Source of the DNA: Candidatus Dojkabacteria bacterium
GTDB taxonomy: Bacteria; Patescibacteriota; Dojkabacteria; SC72
Length of the DNA: 64,000 bases
Direction of reading: 5' to 3'
Assembly: GCA_012513575.1 (NCBI GenBank)
Contig: JAAZBX010000002.1
Location: forward strand, 33,830 to 97,829
In this document: positions 1 through 8,585 of the stretch, piece by piece
How the letters are laid out: every line of letters starts with the position of its first letter
Numbering within the stretch: the stretch's first letter is position 1
Notes under the pieces: generated by a model
Seen by the model: the letters and a program-made list of their open reading frames with translations, nothing else
Databases searched by the model: none
What the model was told of the DNA's origin: nothing
Translations under genes and position numbers: made by a program

Positions 1-633
1 TCAAACACAAGATATTACAAATTTTTCTTTGATACTAAGGCAATTGAGGAAAGTCCCAAATTAGATAAGCGCTCTTTTTTCTCTTGGCTTAAAAATGAAA
101 TCAAAGAGATGGAATTAGAAGTCGAAGATGATGCAGTTAAGGTCTTGGCCGAAAGGATTAATTATGATCCTGAAAGATGCGTAAATGAATTGAGAAAATT
201 AAAGCTTACTGTTGATAAGTCGTTAGTAACATTATCAGATGTTGAATCACTTATTTCTGACACACTCGAGAATGATATATGGAGCCTAATTGATGCGATA
301 AATAGAAAAAATAGCATACAAAGCTCAATTATATTGGAGAGATTAATGACTCAAAATGTTGATTCAAATTACATTATCTCTATGTTGGCAAGAAATTTGA
401 GATTAATAACACTCACAAAGTATCTATTAGAAGATAGTGAGACAACTGGAAACATTGCCAAAAGGTTGAAGATCCCCCCTTTCACTGTCCCCTCACTTAT
501 TAATTCTTCTAAGGAATACTCTGAAGGGAAAATTAAAACTCTCTACAGTAAAATGTCCAATTTGGATTATCAAATTAAAAAGGGGTTAATTGACCCAGAT
601 CTAGGAATTACCCTTCTCTCCTCAATCCTATAG
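1..633 (+). CDS. holA: DNA polymerase III delta subunit (HolA), C-terminal part; 5' end lies outside the window
   Basis: Frame 1 is open from nt 1. The helical C-terminal pattern aligns with HolA (L..LD.DAv..L......nl..l..EleKL). holA-rpsT adjacency matches Firmicutes-like synteny. Confidence 0.55.
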   Translation, partial: SNTRYYKFFFDTKAIEESPKLDKRSFFSWLKNEIKEMELEVEDDAVKVLAERINYDPERCVNELRKLKLTVDKSLVTLSDVESLISDTLENDIWSLIDAINRKNSIQSSIILERLMTQNVDSNYIISMLARNLRLITLTKYLLEDSETTGNIAKRLKIPPFTVPSLINSSKEYSEGKIKTLYSKMSNLDYQIKKGLIDPDLGITLLSSIL

Positions 634-707
634 ACCTTTATTGACACACCTAGATTATTAACATAAACTCTATAAAGGCAAGTGCTAATATCTGCCTATC
701 CCAAAAT

Positions 708-2462
708 ATGGAAGAGGTTACAAGAGTTACAACAACAAAAAAATCTAACAAATTAGTTACTACTTTATTAATTATCGCAGGAATTTTAGGTTTGGCACTG
801 ATCGGTGCCGCAGTATACTTCTATATGATTAAACCATCCACAGAGAAGCCTGAGGATGTGTCAAAAACTTGTGCATGCTACTATGTAGACCCAGCAGTTA
901 CGACAGAGTGTGGAGATCCTAGAAAAGGTTTTCTATTTAAGCTAGTTACTTCAAAAGGAGGCACTTCTTGCCAAAGTGCATGTCAAACTAGTTCCTTGCC
1001 AATTGATGACACAGATAGCAATACAAAACAAGAACTTTTTCTTACTTGCTCTCTTCCCAACATCCAAGATATTAGATGTTCTGAAATGACAATAAAGAAT
1101 AAGGCAGGAGAACTAGTTGTTGGAAATATTGCCAAAGATGATGAGATTACTTTGGAGGCGAAATTTGACAAGAAATACAACAACCCTACATTTAAAATCA
1201 ACAATGTGAACGAAGAGCCGGATACAATTTCTGAGGATGGCTTAACTATAAAAAAGACACTCTCTCAGTTTAAGACAACAACAATTGATATTGTCGCGAC
1301 AGCAATTGGGGATGATGGAGAATCAATTAACTCTCCACTCTGTAAGAGAATAATTGAAATTGAACAACAAGGAGAGTCCTCTGTTACAGGACTTCTGATG
1401 TCAAGAAGAAATACGGAAGAAACAACCAAAATTTCCGAGGCAATCTTACGTGTTTCAAATATTACTGATACAAAGGATATTAAAATAAGCTTCTCTTTTG
1501 ACAATGAAGAATTCGCTAAAGTAGAGATGATAAAAGGGTTTTCCCTTGATACAAATAAAGGAGAGTTTTCAATTATTGAACAAGATTTATATAATCCTGA
1601 AAATTTCTCACAAGCAGTAAGCTTCTCACAATTAGACGATTATGTTGGACAGCTTGGCATAACTGCCGAATTGTTTAGACTCGGAGCTTCGTTGGGAGAA
1701 GCCTCTACAACTGTTACTTTTCAAGAGCCAGGAGCTGAAGAGATTCCTCCCGTAAAAGAAGAACAGCCCTCTCTTGAATCAAGCTTCTCTATCTCTCTTG
1801 CGACGAACATAAACTGTCTTGAGAGAGTAGAGCCAAACAATTCTATTATATTTACAGTAAATATAAAAAATAACTCAACCTCATCACAGAGTGTTCTTAA
1901 AGTGAAGAATAAACTGCCACTTGGATTTACCTATATCCCAAGTTCCACGAAGATAAACAATGTTAGTGTATCTGACAATAACTATTTGCAAAGTAAACAA
2001 GTAGGAGAAACAACAGAACTCGCTTGGACGATAGCAAGTGGATGGAATATCTCTGCAAATCAATCGCTTGTTGTTGTATTCCAAGCGATAGCTGGTCCAA
2101 ATGCTCTAACTGGTGAAAACTTAAATGAGGTGGTAATTGAACCTGCACAAGTCCCAACAGACCCAGCGACATTAAGAGCCTCAATCCCTGTTTCAGTTTC
2201 TCAAAACTGTAATCCAACTGAAACCCCAGTTGAGACTCCAGATACTGGTTTATTTGACGAAGTCCTAGTACAGGTTGGGATTGGGCTTTTGGTACTGTTA
2301 TTAGGTTGGTTGATTTACTCTAAGCCCTTTGGGCATGTTATCGTAAATAAGCTAGTAAATTCAGGCTTATACAAAGAAGCTGAAATGACCTCATGGAAAC
2401 TATTCAAGCCAAAGAAATTCTTTGAGGAGAAAACAATTAAGAGAATGAAAAAAAGAATTTAA
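708..2462 (+). CDS. Two-TM surface protein with DUF11-type conserved repeat domain, Thr/Ser-rich ectodomain
   Basis: N-terminal signal-anchor TM and a C-terminal TM (GIGLLVLLLGWLIY) followed by a basic tail. A DUF11-like block is present (KNKLPLGFTYIPSS...ELAWTIA). No enzyme motifs seen. Confidence 0.5.
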   Translation: MEEVTRVTTTKKSNKLVTTLLIIAGILGLALIGAAVYFYMIKPSTEKPEDVSKTCACYYVDPAVTTECGDPRKGFLFKLVTSKGGTSCQSACQTSSLPIDDTDSNTKQELFLTCSLPNIQDIRCSEMTIKNKAGELVVGNIAKDDEITLEAKFDKKYNNPTFKINNVNEEPDTISEDGLTIKKTLSQFKTTTIDIVATAIGDDGESINSPLCKRIIEIEQQGESSVTGLLMSRRNTEETTKISEAILRVSNITDTKDIKISFSFDNEEFAKVEMIKGFSLDTNKGEFSIIEQDLYNPENFSQAVSFSQLDDYVGQLGITAELFRLGASLGEASTTVTFQEPGAEEIPPVKEEQPSLESSFSISLATNINCLERVEPNNSIIFTVNIKNNSTSSQSVLKVKNKLPLGFTYIPSSTKINNVSVSDNNYLQSKQVGETTELAWTIASGWNISANQSLVVVFQAIAGPNALTGENLNEVVIEPAQVPTDPATLRASIPVSVSQNCNPTETPVETPDTGLFDEVLVQVGIGLLVLLLGWLIYSKPFGHVIVNKLVNSGLYKEAEMTSWKLFKPKKFFEEKTIKRMKKRI

Positions 2463-2866
2463 AGATTGCTTAAAACTAATTCCAATGGTCTTCCATTATT
2501 TCCAAACGCTTCTCCATCAGAATTAATCAGAAAAAAATATTTTTCTTTTGTCAAAAGTTTTTCTAAAACAATCTCATGCTTCTTGCCCTTATATCCATTT
2601 AGAACATCTATACCTACCCTATCTAAATCTTCTTTATTCAACCCATATTGCACAAAACCCATACATTCCCCTTTTGTCTCCCATACAATTTTTGCGCTAT
2701 ATTCCATCTCCCCTTTTGACACAAAAAGGTTAAATGGGGTGCAGTTTCCTTGAGAGATAAAAAGCGTATCAAATCCACCAACATTTTTTTTAAACAAAAT
2801 AAAAATTGATAGTGAGACAACAACAAAAACAATCCCTACAATTATGATAAATATTTTCTTACTCAT
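2459..2866 (-). CDS. Small membrane-anchored hypothetical protein
   Basis: An ORF with one N-terminal TM (MSKKIFIIIVGIVFVVVSLSIFILF). The likely start is the ATG at 2866; the longer ORF to 2917 adds a Cys/Lys-rich leader. It overlaps the upstream gene by 8 nt (ATGAGTAA). Confidence 0.4.
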   Translation of the reverse strand: MSKKIFIIIVGIVFVVVSLSIFILFKKNVGGFDTLFISQGNCTPFNLFVSKGEMEYSAKIVWETKGECMGFVQYGLNKEDLDRVGIDVLNGYKGKKHEIVLEKLLTKEKYFFLINSDGEAFGNNGRPLELVLSNL

Positions 2867-3314
2867 TTTTCTCTTGCACAATAATATAACTTTTTTCTTG
2901 CAATGAATTATATCCATCAGATACTTCTATTACAAAACTCTCTTGACCAGAATCTGTAGGAACTCCTTGAACTACACCATCAAGAATATACATCCAGTTA
3001 GGACCATCAATCAATTCTAAAGTGATATCACTATCCTGACTATCCAAATCAACAACCCTTGGTATATACTCATACTTTTCTCCAACAAATGCGGAAACAG
3101 GAGGTTGAGAAAAAATATATGGGATTCCTTTGGAATACTGCGGTTTTTCCTCATCTTTCACATTCATTCGATTATCTTTAGCACCTAATACGGACTCATC
3201 TTCTTTCCCATTGAACAACATATATACCGATGCAAAACTCAAAATAAAAAGAACTGCCAAAGAACTCAAAACTATCTTAAACTCCCTACTCTTTTCCATA
3301 TTAGAGGATACCAC
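2859..3314 (-). CDS. Secreted or membrane-anchored protein with putative Ig-like (He_PIG/cadherin-like) domain
   Basis: N-terminal signal anchor followed by the segment YEYIPRVVDLDSQDSDITLELIDGPNWMYILDGVVQGVPTDSG, which is typical of putative-Ig domains. Confidence 0.4.
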   Translation of the reverse strand: MVSSNMEKSREFKIVLSSLAVLFILSFASVYMLFNGKEDESVLGAKDNRMNVKDEEKPQYSKGIPYIFSQPPVSAFVGEKYEYIPRVVDLDSQDSDITLELIDGPNWMYILDGVVQGVPTDSGQESFVIEVSDGYNSLQEKSYIIVQEKNE

Positions 3315-3322
3315 AAAAAAAG

Positions 3323-3354
3323 TTGTTTACAAATAATACAAATCTAGCTATAAT
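3323..3354 (+). promoter_or_regulatory. Sigma-70-type promoter for rpsT: TTTACA-N17-TATAAT
   Basis: TTTACA at 3326-3331 (overlapping TTGTTT at 3323-3328), a 17-nt spacer, and TATAAT at 3349-3354. It sits about 37 nt upstream of the rpsT ATG (3392). Confidence 0.5.
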
Positions 3355-3391
3355 ACCCTGATTAGAACTAATAATTATATTAATAAAAGAA

Positions 3392-3688
3392 ATGCCAAAT
3401 TTAAAAACATCTATTAAAGATTTACGAAAAAGTAAAAGAAGAGAAACAATAAATGATCGACTCAGAAACAGAGTCAAGAGGGTTACAAAAAAACATTCTG
3501 ATTTGCTAAAACAGGGAAACACAGAAGAAATGAAAAAGAATTTAGTTAATGTCTATAAAGTCCTTGATAAAGCTGCAAAGAAAAATGTAATAAAAAAAGG
3601 TAAGGCTGATAGATTGAAATCAAGACTTACCAAAAATTTAAACAAACTAGCCCAAGATAATGTCAAGACTTCTAAAAAGGATTCTTAA
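3392..3688 (+). CDS. rpsT: 30S ribosomal protein S20
   Basis: 98 aa, basic and helical. The N-terminus MPNLKTSIKDLRKSKRR and the KNLVNVYKVLDKAAKKNVIKK...KLA pattern match S20. Confidence 0.85.
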   Translation: MPNLKTSIKDLRKSKRRETINDRLRNRVKRVTKKHSDLLKQGNTEEMKKNLVNVYKVLDKAAKKNVIKKGKADRLKSRLTKNLNKLAQDNVKTSKKDS

Positions 3689-4208
3689 AATTTCTGTTTG
3701 GCCCGCAATTTTAATGATTGCAGGGAAACTTTTAGGGATTATTGCTGCGAATATAGTTTACAAACTCGATTTTTTCATTGACAACCAAATTGAAGGTATC
3801 TTCTCAATTCAGCTCTACTATACTGATTCTAGTACAATGGTTTTGGTAAACTCCCTGTCAAATTTGCTTATGATTATCATCCTTGCCGTCCCAACTATTT
3901 ATTTCATAATAAAAACTTCCATATATCAATCCACCTTACAAAACCCTAGAACAATTGTGAAGATAACAAAACTTAATCTTCTCAAATGGATTGCTAAGGA
4001 CGATACTTCCTTTCTCCTAATATTTATTTGGTGCTCATTTCTTTTGGTTGCATCTTTTATTGTTATCGCTCAGAATATTCAAGGAATCTGCTATTCATGG
4101 ATTGGGGGAATTTCCGCTGTTCTTGCCATTTTCTCTGTTTGGGGGACAATAAAGACATATGAGCAGGAAATTGATAAGATATATCCTAAGGAGAAAGAGC
4201 TATATTAA
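3660..4208 (+). CDS. Polytopic membrane protein (about 4 TM), hypothetical
   Basis: Four hydrophobic helices. Its start overlaps the rpsT 3' end, so the real start may be a later Met. Its stop overlaps the next start (ATGA). Confidence 0.4.
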   Translation: MSRLLKRILKISVWPAILMIAGKLLGIIAANIVYKLDFFIDNQIEGIFSIQLYYTDSSTMVLVNSLSNLLMIIILAVPTIYFIIKTSIYQSTLQNPRTIVKITKLNLLKWIAKDDTSFLLIFIWCSFLLVASFIVIAQNIQGICYSWIGGISAVLAIFSVWGTIKTYEQEIDKIYPKEKELY

Positions 4209-4753
4209 TGAAAACAAAAAATTTATTACCACAAATAATTGAGCCCTTTGCAATAGTTGCCCTTCTTTGTCTTTTTATTGTTCCTACCCTGACGGTAATT
4301 AATCTTTCGCCAATAACCAAAGAAGTTCAAGACAAAAATGTTTTAGGAGTTAACACCTTTAGCTCAAATACTGTTGTTAAGTTAGTTGGAGGAATTCATG
4401 ACATTATCAAAAACGAGACACTAGTAAATTCAAATGAGAGACAATTCCTTTACAAGGCAACGATCCAAAAAAGAGAAGCTGAAGAAACATATTCAAAACC
4501 AATTCTCAAACTTCAAAACAATGGTACTTTCCCCGTTAAGTTGTCGTTCTTTGGGTATACAGATAGTAAAACTAATTCTAAAATATCTTTAAAAATTGGG
4601 AGAAATTCATATCTATTGAAGGATTATGATAGTACTCTACACGCACAAGAGATCATACTAGAGCCCACATCAGACACCAACCTATATCTTTATATTGAAA
4701 ATACAAATAGAATTTTATTCCCAGAATATTTTGAATTAGAGATTTCCCTTTAG
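4208..4753 (+). CDS. Signal-anchored extracytoplasmic hypothetical protein
   Basis: One N-terminal TM followed by a soluble domain. Translationally coupled to the preceding ORF. Confidence 0.4.
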   Translation: MKTKNLLPQIIEPFAIVALLCLFIVPTLTVINLSPITKEVQDKNVLGVNTFSSNTVVKLVGGIHDIIKNETLVNSNERQFLYKATIQKREAEETYSKPILKLQNNGTFPVKLSFFGYTDSKTNSKISLKIGRNSYLLKDYDSTLHAQEIILEPTSDTNLYLYIENTNRILFPEYFELEISL

Positions 4754-4814
4754 GAATTTCCGTCCTACTACTTTTGCCACCCTCCCCTCTATTTATTAAC
4801 CTTTTTGTATAGGG

Positions 4815-4820
4815 TATAAT
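4815..4820 (+). promoter_or_regulatory. -10 box TATAAT 7 nt upstream of the lepA ATG (leaderless-type arrangement)
   Basis: TATAAT at 4815-4820 and ATG at 4828. No SD and only a weak -35 (TTTATT at 4792-4797). Confidence 0.35.
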
Positions 4821-4827
4821 TGACGGC

Positions 4828-6654
4828 ATGTCGAATTCTACTCCATTAGAAAAAATTAGGAACTTCTCTATTATTGCCCATATTGATCATGGGAAATCTA
4901 CACTTGCTGACAGGATGTTAGAAGCTGCACAAAATGATTCTCTAGCAAGAAAAAAGAAAAACAGAATGCTTGACAAACTTGATCTTGAGCAAGAGAAAGG
5001 CATTACAATTAAACTTCAAGCTTGCAAGATGAATTGGAAAGGGTACGAATTAAACTTAATAGACACCCCTGGTCATGTTGATTTCTCATATGAAGTATCT
5101 AGATCTCTTGCGGCATGTGAATCTGCCCTCCTTCTTGTTGATGCTAGTCAGGGGATCCAAGCACAAACTATTTCAAATACGAAAAAAGCTTTAGAATTGG
5201 GACTGAAATTAATTCCTGTTTTAAATAAAATTGACCTCCCTAATATAAACATTGAAGAGAGAGAAAAAGAAATTGAATCCCTTCTGGGGTTTTCGAAAGA
5301 TGAAATAATTAAAGTTTCTGGTAAAACCGGCGAAGGAGTAGACAAATTACTTGATGCTGTAATTACGCAATCTCCCCCACCTTTAGGGGATTTTAACAAA
5401 CCTTTGAAGGCTCTGGTATTTGATTCTTTTTATGACGAACACAGAGGGGTTGTCATTGCTGTGAGAATCTTTGATGGTAAATACACTTACAAGCCAGGCA
5501 AAACTGATGAACTTTACATGATTCAAAGAAAACAAACATTTAAACCAACAGAAATTGGAATATTTAACCCCGACTTGGAAGAACTTGAGACTTTACGTGC
5601 TGGGGAAGTCGGATATATTGCAACAGGAATGAAAGATATTAGCTTCTTTACTGTGGGTGATACAATATCAGATCAAAAAGACACCTCCCCACTTGCTGGG
5701 TACAAAACACCAAAACCCAACATGTTTGCAACTTTTTTCCCAACTGATTCTGAAGATTATGAAGATCTAAAAATTGCCCTTACAAAACTCTCTCTAAACG
5801 ATGCCTCTTTAACATTTACTGACCAAAGATCAAATCTACTTGGCTCTGGATTTAGATGTGGATTTCTTGGGCTATTACATATGGAAATCGTTCAGGAAAG
5901 GTTAGAACGAGAATATGATATTGACCTTATTGTTACAGCTCCTACAGTGGAATATCAAGTTACAAAAACTGATGGGAGTGAAACAACAATCCAAACCCCT
6001 CAAGAACTTCCAGACCCTTCACAAATAAAAGAGATCAGAGAACCTTGGGTTAGAGCTGAAATCATGACTCCAGAAAAATACCTTGGGGATTTGATGTCAC
6101 TTTGTCAATATAGAAGAGGAGAATATGTAAACACAATTTATCTTAATTCTGCTTCAAGTGATATTAAATTAAAAGATCAATATATTGTTTTAGAATACGA
6201 CATACCTTTAGTATCATTAATCTCGAATTTCTTTGATCAGATGAAAAATATCTCAAGTGGGTATGCTTCAATGGAATACGAATTTATTGATTTCTTTCCT
6301 GCTGATATTGTAGAAGTGTCAATTTTGGTAAATCATGACGAAATTTCTGTTCTAAACTTTCTTGAAGTCAGGGAACTTGCAAGATTAAAAGCTGTTAAAC
6401 TCCTTGAAGTCATGAAAGAAGTCATTCCAAGGCAACAATTCTCCATACCTTTACAAGCAGCAATAGGCTCAACAATAATTGCCAGAGAAGATGTAAAAGC
6501 TTTCAGAAAGGATGTAACTGCCAAACTTTATGGCGGAGACTACTCTAGGAAGAAAAAGCTCTTAGAAAAACAGAAGAAGGGTAAAAAAAGGTTAAAGCAA
6601 ATTGGTCAAGTAAATATCCCTCAAGAAGCATTCTTAGCTATACTTAAAACCTAA
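4828..6654 (+). CDS. lepA: Elongation factor 4 (LepA)
   Basis: G1 motif AHIDHGKST, DTPGH, NKID, and the LepA-specific C-terminal domain. 608 aa. Confidence 0.95.
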   Translation: MSNSTPLEKIRNFSIIAHIDHGKSTLADRMLEAAQNDSLARKKKNRMLDKLDLEQEKGITIKLQACKMNWKGYELNLIDTPGHVDFSYEVSRSLAACESALLLVDASQGIQAQTISNTKKALELGLKLIPVLNKIDLPNINIEEREKEIESLLGFSKDEIIKVSGKTGEGVDKLLDAVITQSPPPLGDFNKPLKALVFDSFYDEHRGVVIAVRIFDGKYTYKPGKTDELYMIQRKQTFKPTEIGIFNPDLEELETLRAGEVGYIATGMKDISFFTVGDTISDQKDTSPLAGYKTPKPNMFATFFPTDSEDYEDLKIALTKLSLNDASLTFTDQRSNLLGSGFRCGFLGLLHMEIVQERLEREYDIDLIVTAPTVEYQVTKTDGSETTIQTPQELPDPSQIKEIREPWVRAEIMTPEKYLGDLMSLCQYRRGEYVNTIYLNSASSDIKLKDQYIVLEYDIPLVSLISNFFDQMKNISSGYASMEYEFIDFFPADIVEVSILVNHDEISVLNFLEVRELARLKAVKLLEVMKEVIPRQQFSIPLQAAIGSTIIAREDVKAFRKDVTAKLYGGDYSRKKKLLEKQKKGKKRLKQIGQVNIPQEAFLAILKT

Positions 6655-7706
6655 TGATAAAAAAGATAAAACTAACAAATTTTAGGAAATTCAACTCCCT
6701 TGAAATAGAGATAAACAGAAACATTGTAGTATTCCATGGGAATAATGCAGTAGGGAAAAGTACCATTCTTGAAGCGATATATGTCTTGGCGAATGGGAAA
6801 TCACCCTGGGCAACATCTGATGAATATATCCTTTCTAATCAAAAAGAAGAAGATAAATATTGCAGAATTGAAATAATTGTTGACGACAATGAAGAGAAGG
6901 CTTATTCATATTTCAAAAATATTAACAGAAGAGTCCTGAAGATTAATGAAAAGAGCGTTCCTATTAAAAAATTTTTTATTGAAAATGCTGCAACTATCTT
7001 TAATCCAGAGAAAATTGAAATATTAATGATTTCTCCGAGTAAAAGGAGAGAGTTTCTGGACGAGATACTTTCTACTTTGGATTATGAATATGTAGAAATA
7101 CTTAAAAATTTCAGGAAAGTCTTAACGCAAAGAAATGCATATTTAAAAAAATTATCCAAACTTTTCTATGAGAAAGGCATAATTGCAAGAAATGACCCTC
7201 AATTGATTTTCTGGACAAAAGAATTCATTAAACAAGCAGATACTATCCAACATATGCGAGAGAATCTCTCAAAAAAACTACATACTAATGATTTAAAGAT
7301 TGAATATATTAAATCAAATGAAGATATTGTACTTGAAGATGCCCTAGAGAAATCAACAAAGCGCGACATTGCTACTGGTTATACAAATATTGGCCCTCAT
7401 AGAGATGATTGGAGATTAATTAATGGAAAAGATATAAAGAAATATGGTTCTAGAGGAGAAAAAAGACTCTCTATTGGGAAATTAATATTCGAGACACAAA
7501 AGATTATGAAGAAAGAATTAGGATACTACCCTATCTTACTACTTGATGATATAGCTTCTGAGTTAGATGAAAAAAATACAGCTAATATATTTGATCCTAA
7601 GATTTTGGACAAGCAACAAACATTTATCACGATAATTAATTACAAAAATCTCCCAAAATCTGTATTGAAAAATGCTCAACTAATAGATTTAAACAAATTT
7701 GATTAA
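6654..7706 (+). CDS. recF: DNA replication and repair protein RecF
   Basis: Walker A GNNAVGKST, the RecF signature GPHRDDW, and LLLDD Walker B. Its start overlaps the lepA stop (TAATG). Confidence 0.85.
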   Translation: MIKKIKLTNFRKFNSLEIEINRNIVVFHGNNAVGKSTILEAIYVLANGKSPWATSDEYILSNQKEEDKYCRIEIIVDDNEEKAYSYFKNINRRVLKINEKSVPIKKFFIENAATIFNPEKIEILMISPSKRREFLDEILSTLDYEYVEILKNFRKVLTQRNAYLKKLSKLFYEKGIIARNDPQLIFWTKEFIKQADTIQHMRENLSKKLHTNDLKIEYIKSNEDIVLEDALEKSTKRDIATGYTNIGPHRDDWRLINGKDIKKYGSRGEKRLSIGKLIFETQKIMKKELGYYPILLLDDIASELDEKNTANIFDPKILDKQQTFITIINYKNLPKSVLKNAQLIDLNKFD

Positions 7707-7717
7707 ACATTTGTGAT

Positions 7718-8506
7718 TTAAAACTTTTCAATCTCAGGAAATTTTTTTGAGTACTCCCCTATTCTTTCAAATTTAAAATCAATTGGAAAAAATTCAATTT
7801 TACCTCTCTTATTATTCTCTTTAAGTCGTTTCAGTTCTGGATTATGTCTACTAACAAGCATAAATATTACTTGAAAATAGTAGAAGAAAAAATTCAACAA
7901 TTGAAAAAAATAATTAACAGATTTTTCCTCCTCAATTTCCGCCTCAAGCAATTCTTTTCGGATATTATATTTATGTACAAGCCATTTATTCTCAAGATAA
8001 ATGAAATTTAAATACCTTTGATTATATATTGGGACAATATACATTAGCTCGTGGAAATTAAAAATGTCATCTTCTAATTTGAGACCTCTTTCCTCAGAAA
8101 CAAAATTCAAGCATAGTTTATCTCTTACTTCCTTATGTCTCTTAGCTCTTATTTTATTATGAAAGAGATTTCTAATTACTATTATCCCTCTGTATAGCCA
8201 CATGCTTTTGTTCCTCACAACTACATAGACATCTATATCATCTTCTTCTCTTGCAAATCCCGCAGCTACTGATCCAGTAACTCCGATAAATTTAACTAGT
8301 TTCAATGCTAAAAGTGAGGAGACACTTTCTTGTGCTATTTGAATCTTCTTTCTTACTATCAAGCTTTCCCTTTTTTTACAAATTCTTTGATGATGGTCAA
8401 TTATTTTTTTTAGATATTGTCTCCCCCAAATTCTCTCAATATCTTCCTTACAAACAGAAAGACTCATAAGGGAACGAAATTTTTTTAATTGGATATATTT
8501 CTCCAC
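7718..8506 (-). CDS. Nucleotidyltransferase-fold protein (Pol-beta/MNT/LicD-like), function unknown
   Basis: Motif GVTGSVAAGFAREEDDIDVYVVV matches G[SG]-x9-13-DhD of the NTase fold. The C-terminal half is helical. Ends 11 nt from the convergent recF. Confidence 0.4.
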   Translation of the reverse strand: MEKYIQLKKFRSLMSLSVCKEDIERIWGRQYLKKIIDHHQRICKKRESLIVRKKIQIAQESVSSLLALKLVKFIGVTGSVAAGFAREEDDIDVYVVVRNKSMWLYRGIIVIRNLFHNKIRAKRHKEVRDKLCLNFVSEERGLKLEDDIFNFHELMYIVPIYNQRYLNFIYLENKWLVHKYNIRKELLEAEIEEEKSVNYFFQLLNFFFYYFQVIFMLVSRHNPELKRLKENNKRGKIEFFPIDFKFERIGEYSKKFPEIEKF

Positions 8507-8585
8507 TCCTTATTATATATTATTTCTTGTAACTACTAATAATATCTTCAATTATCTGATAAACTGTTGTATATAATTACTGCCT

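Noticed and set aside
2220-2300. PDTG + TM + basic tail as a sortase sorting signal
   Set aside because: The tail after the TM is about 45 aa, much longer than classical LPxTG signals, and it lacks the Leu/Pro at positions 1-2. It is kept only as a low-interest finding.
2466-2753. 95-aa and 61-aa plus-strand ORFs overlapping the minus-strand membrane-protein gene at 2459-2866
   Set aside because: Pro/Ser/Leu-rich shadow frames. The minus-strand gene has a coherent TM + soluble domain architecture.
7718-8506. NTase-fold gene as a CBASS cyclase or HEPN-MNT toxin-antitoxin component
   Set aside because: There is no adjacent effector, HEPN, Cap or sensor gene on either side (recF on one side, the PrgI-like gene divergent on the other). 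It is too short for typical CD-NTases.
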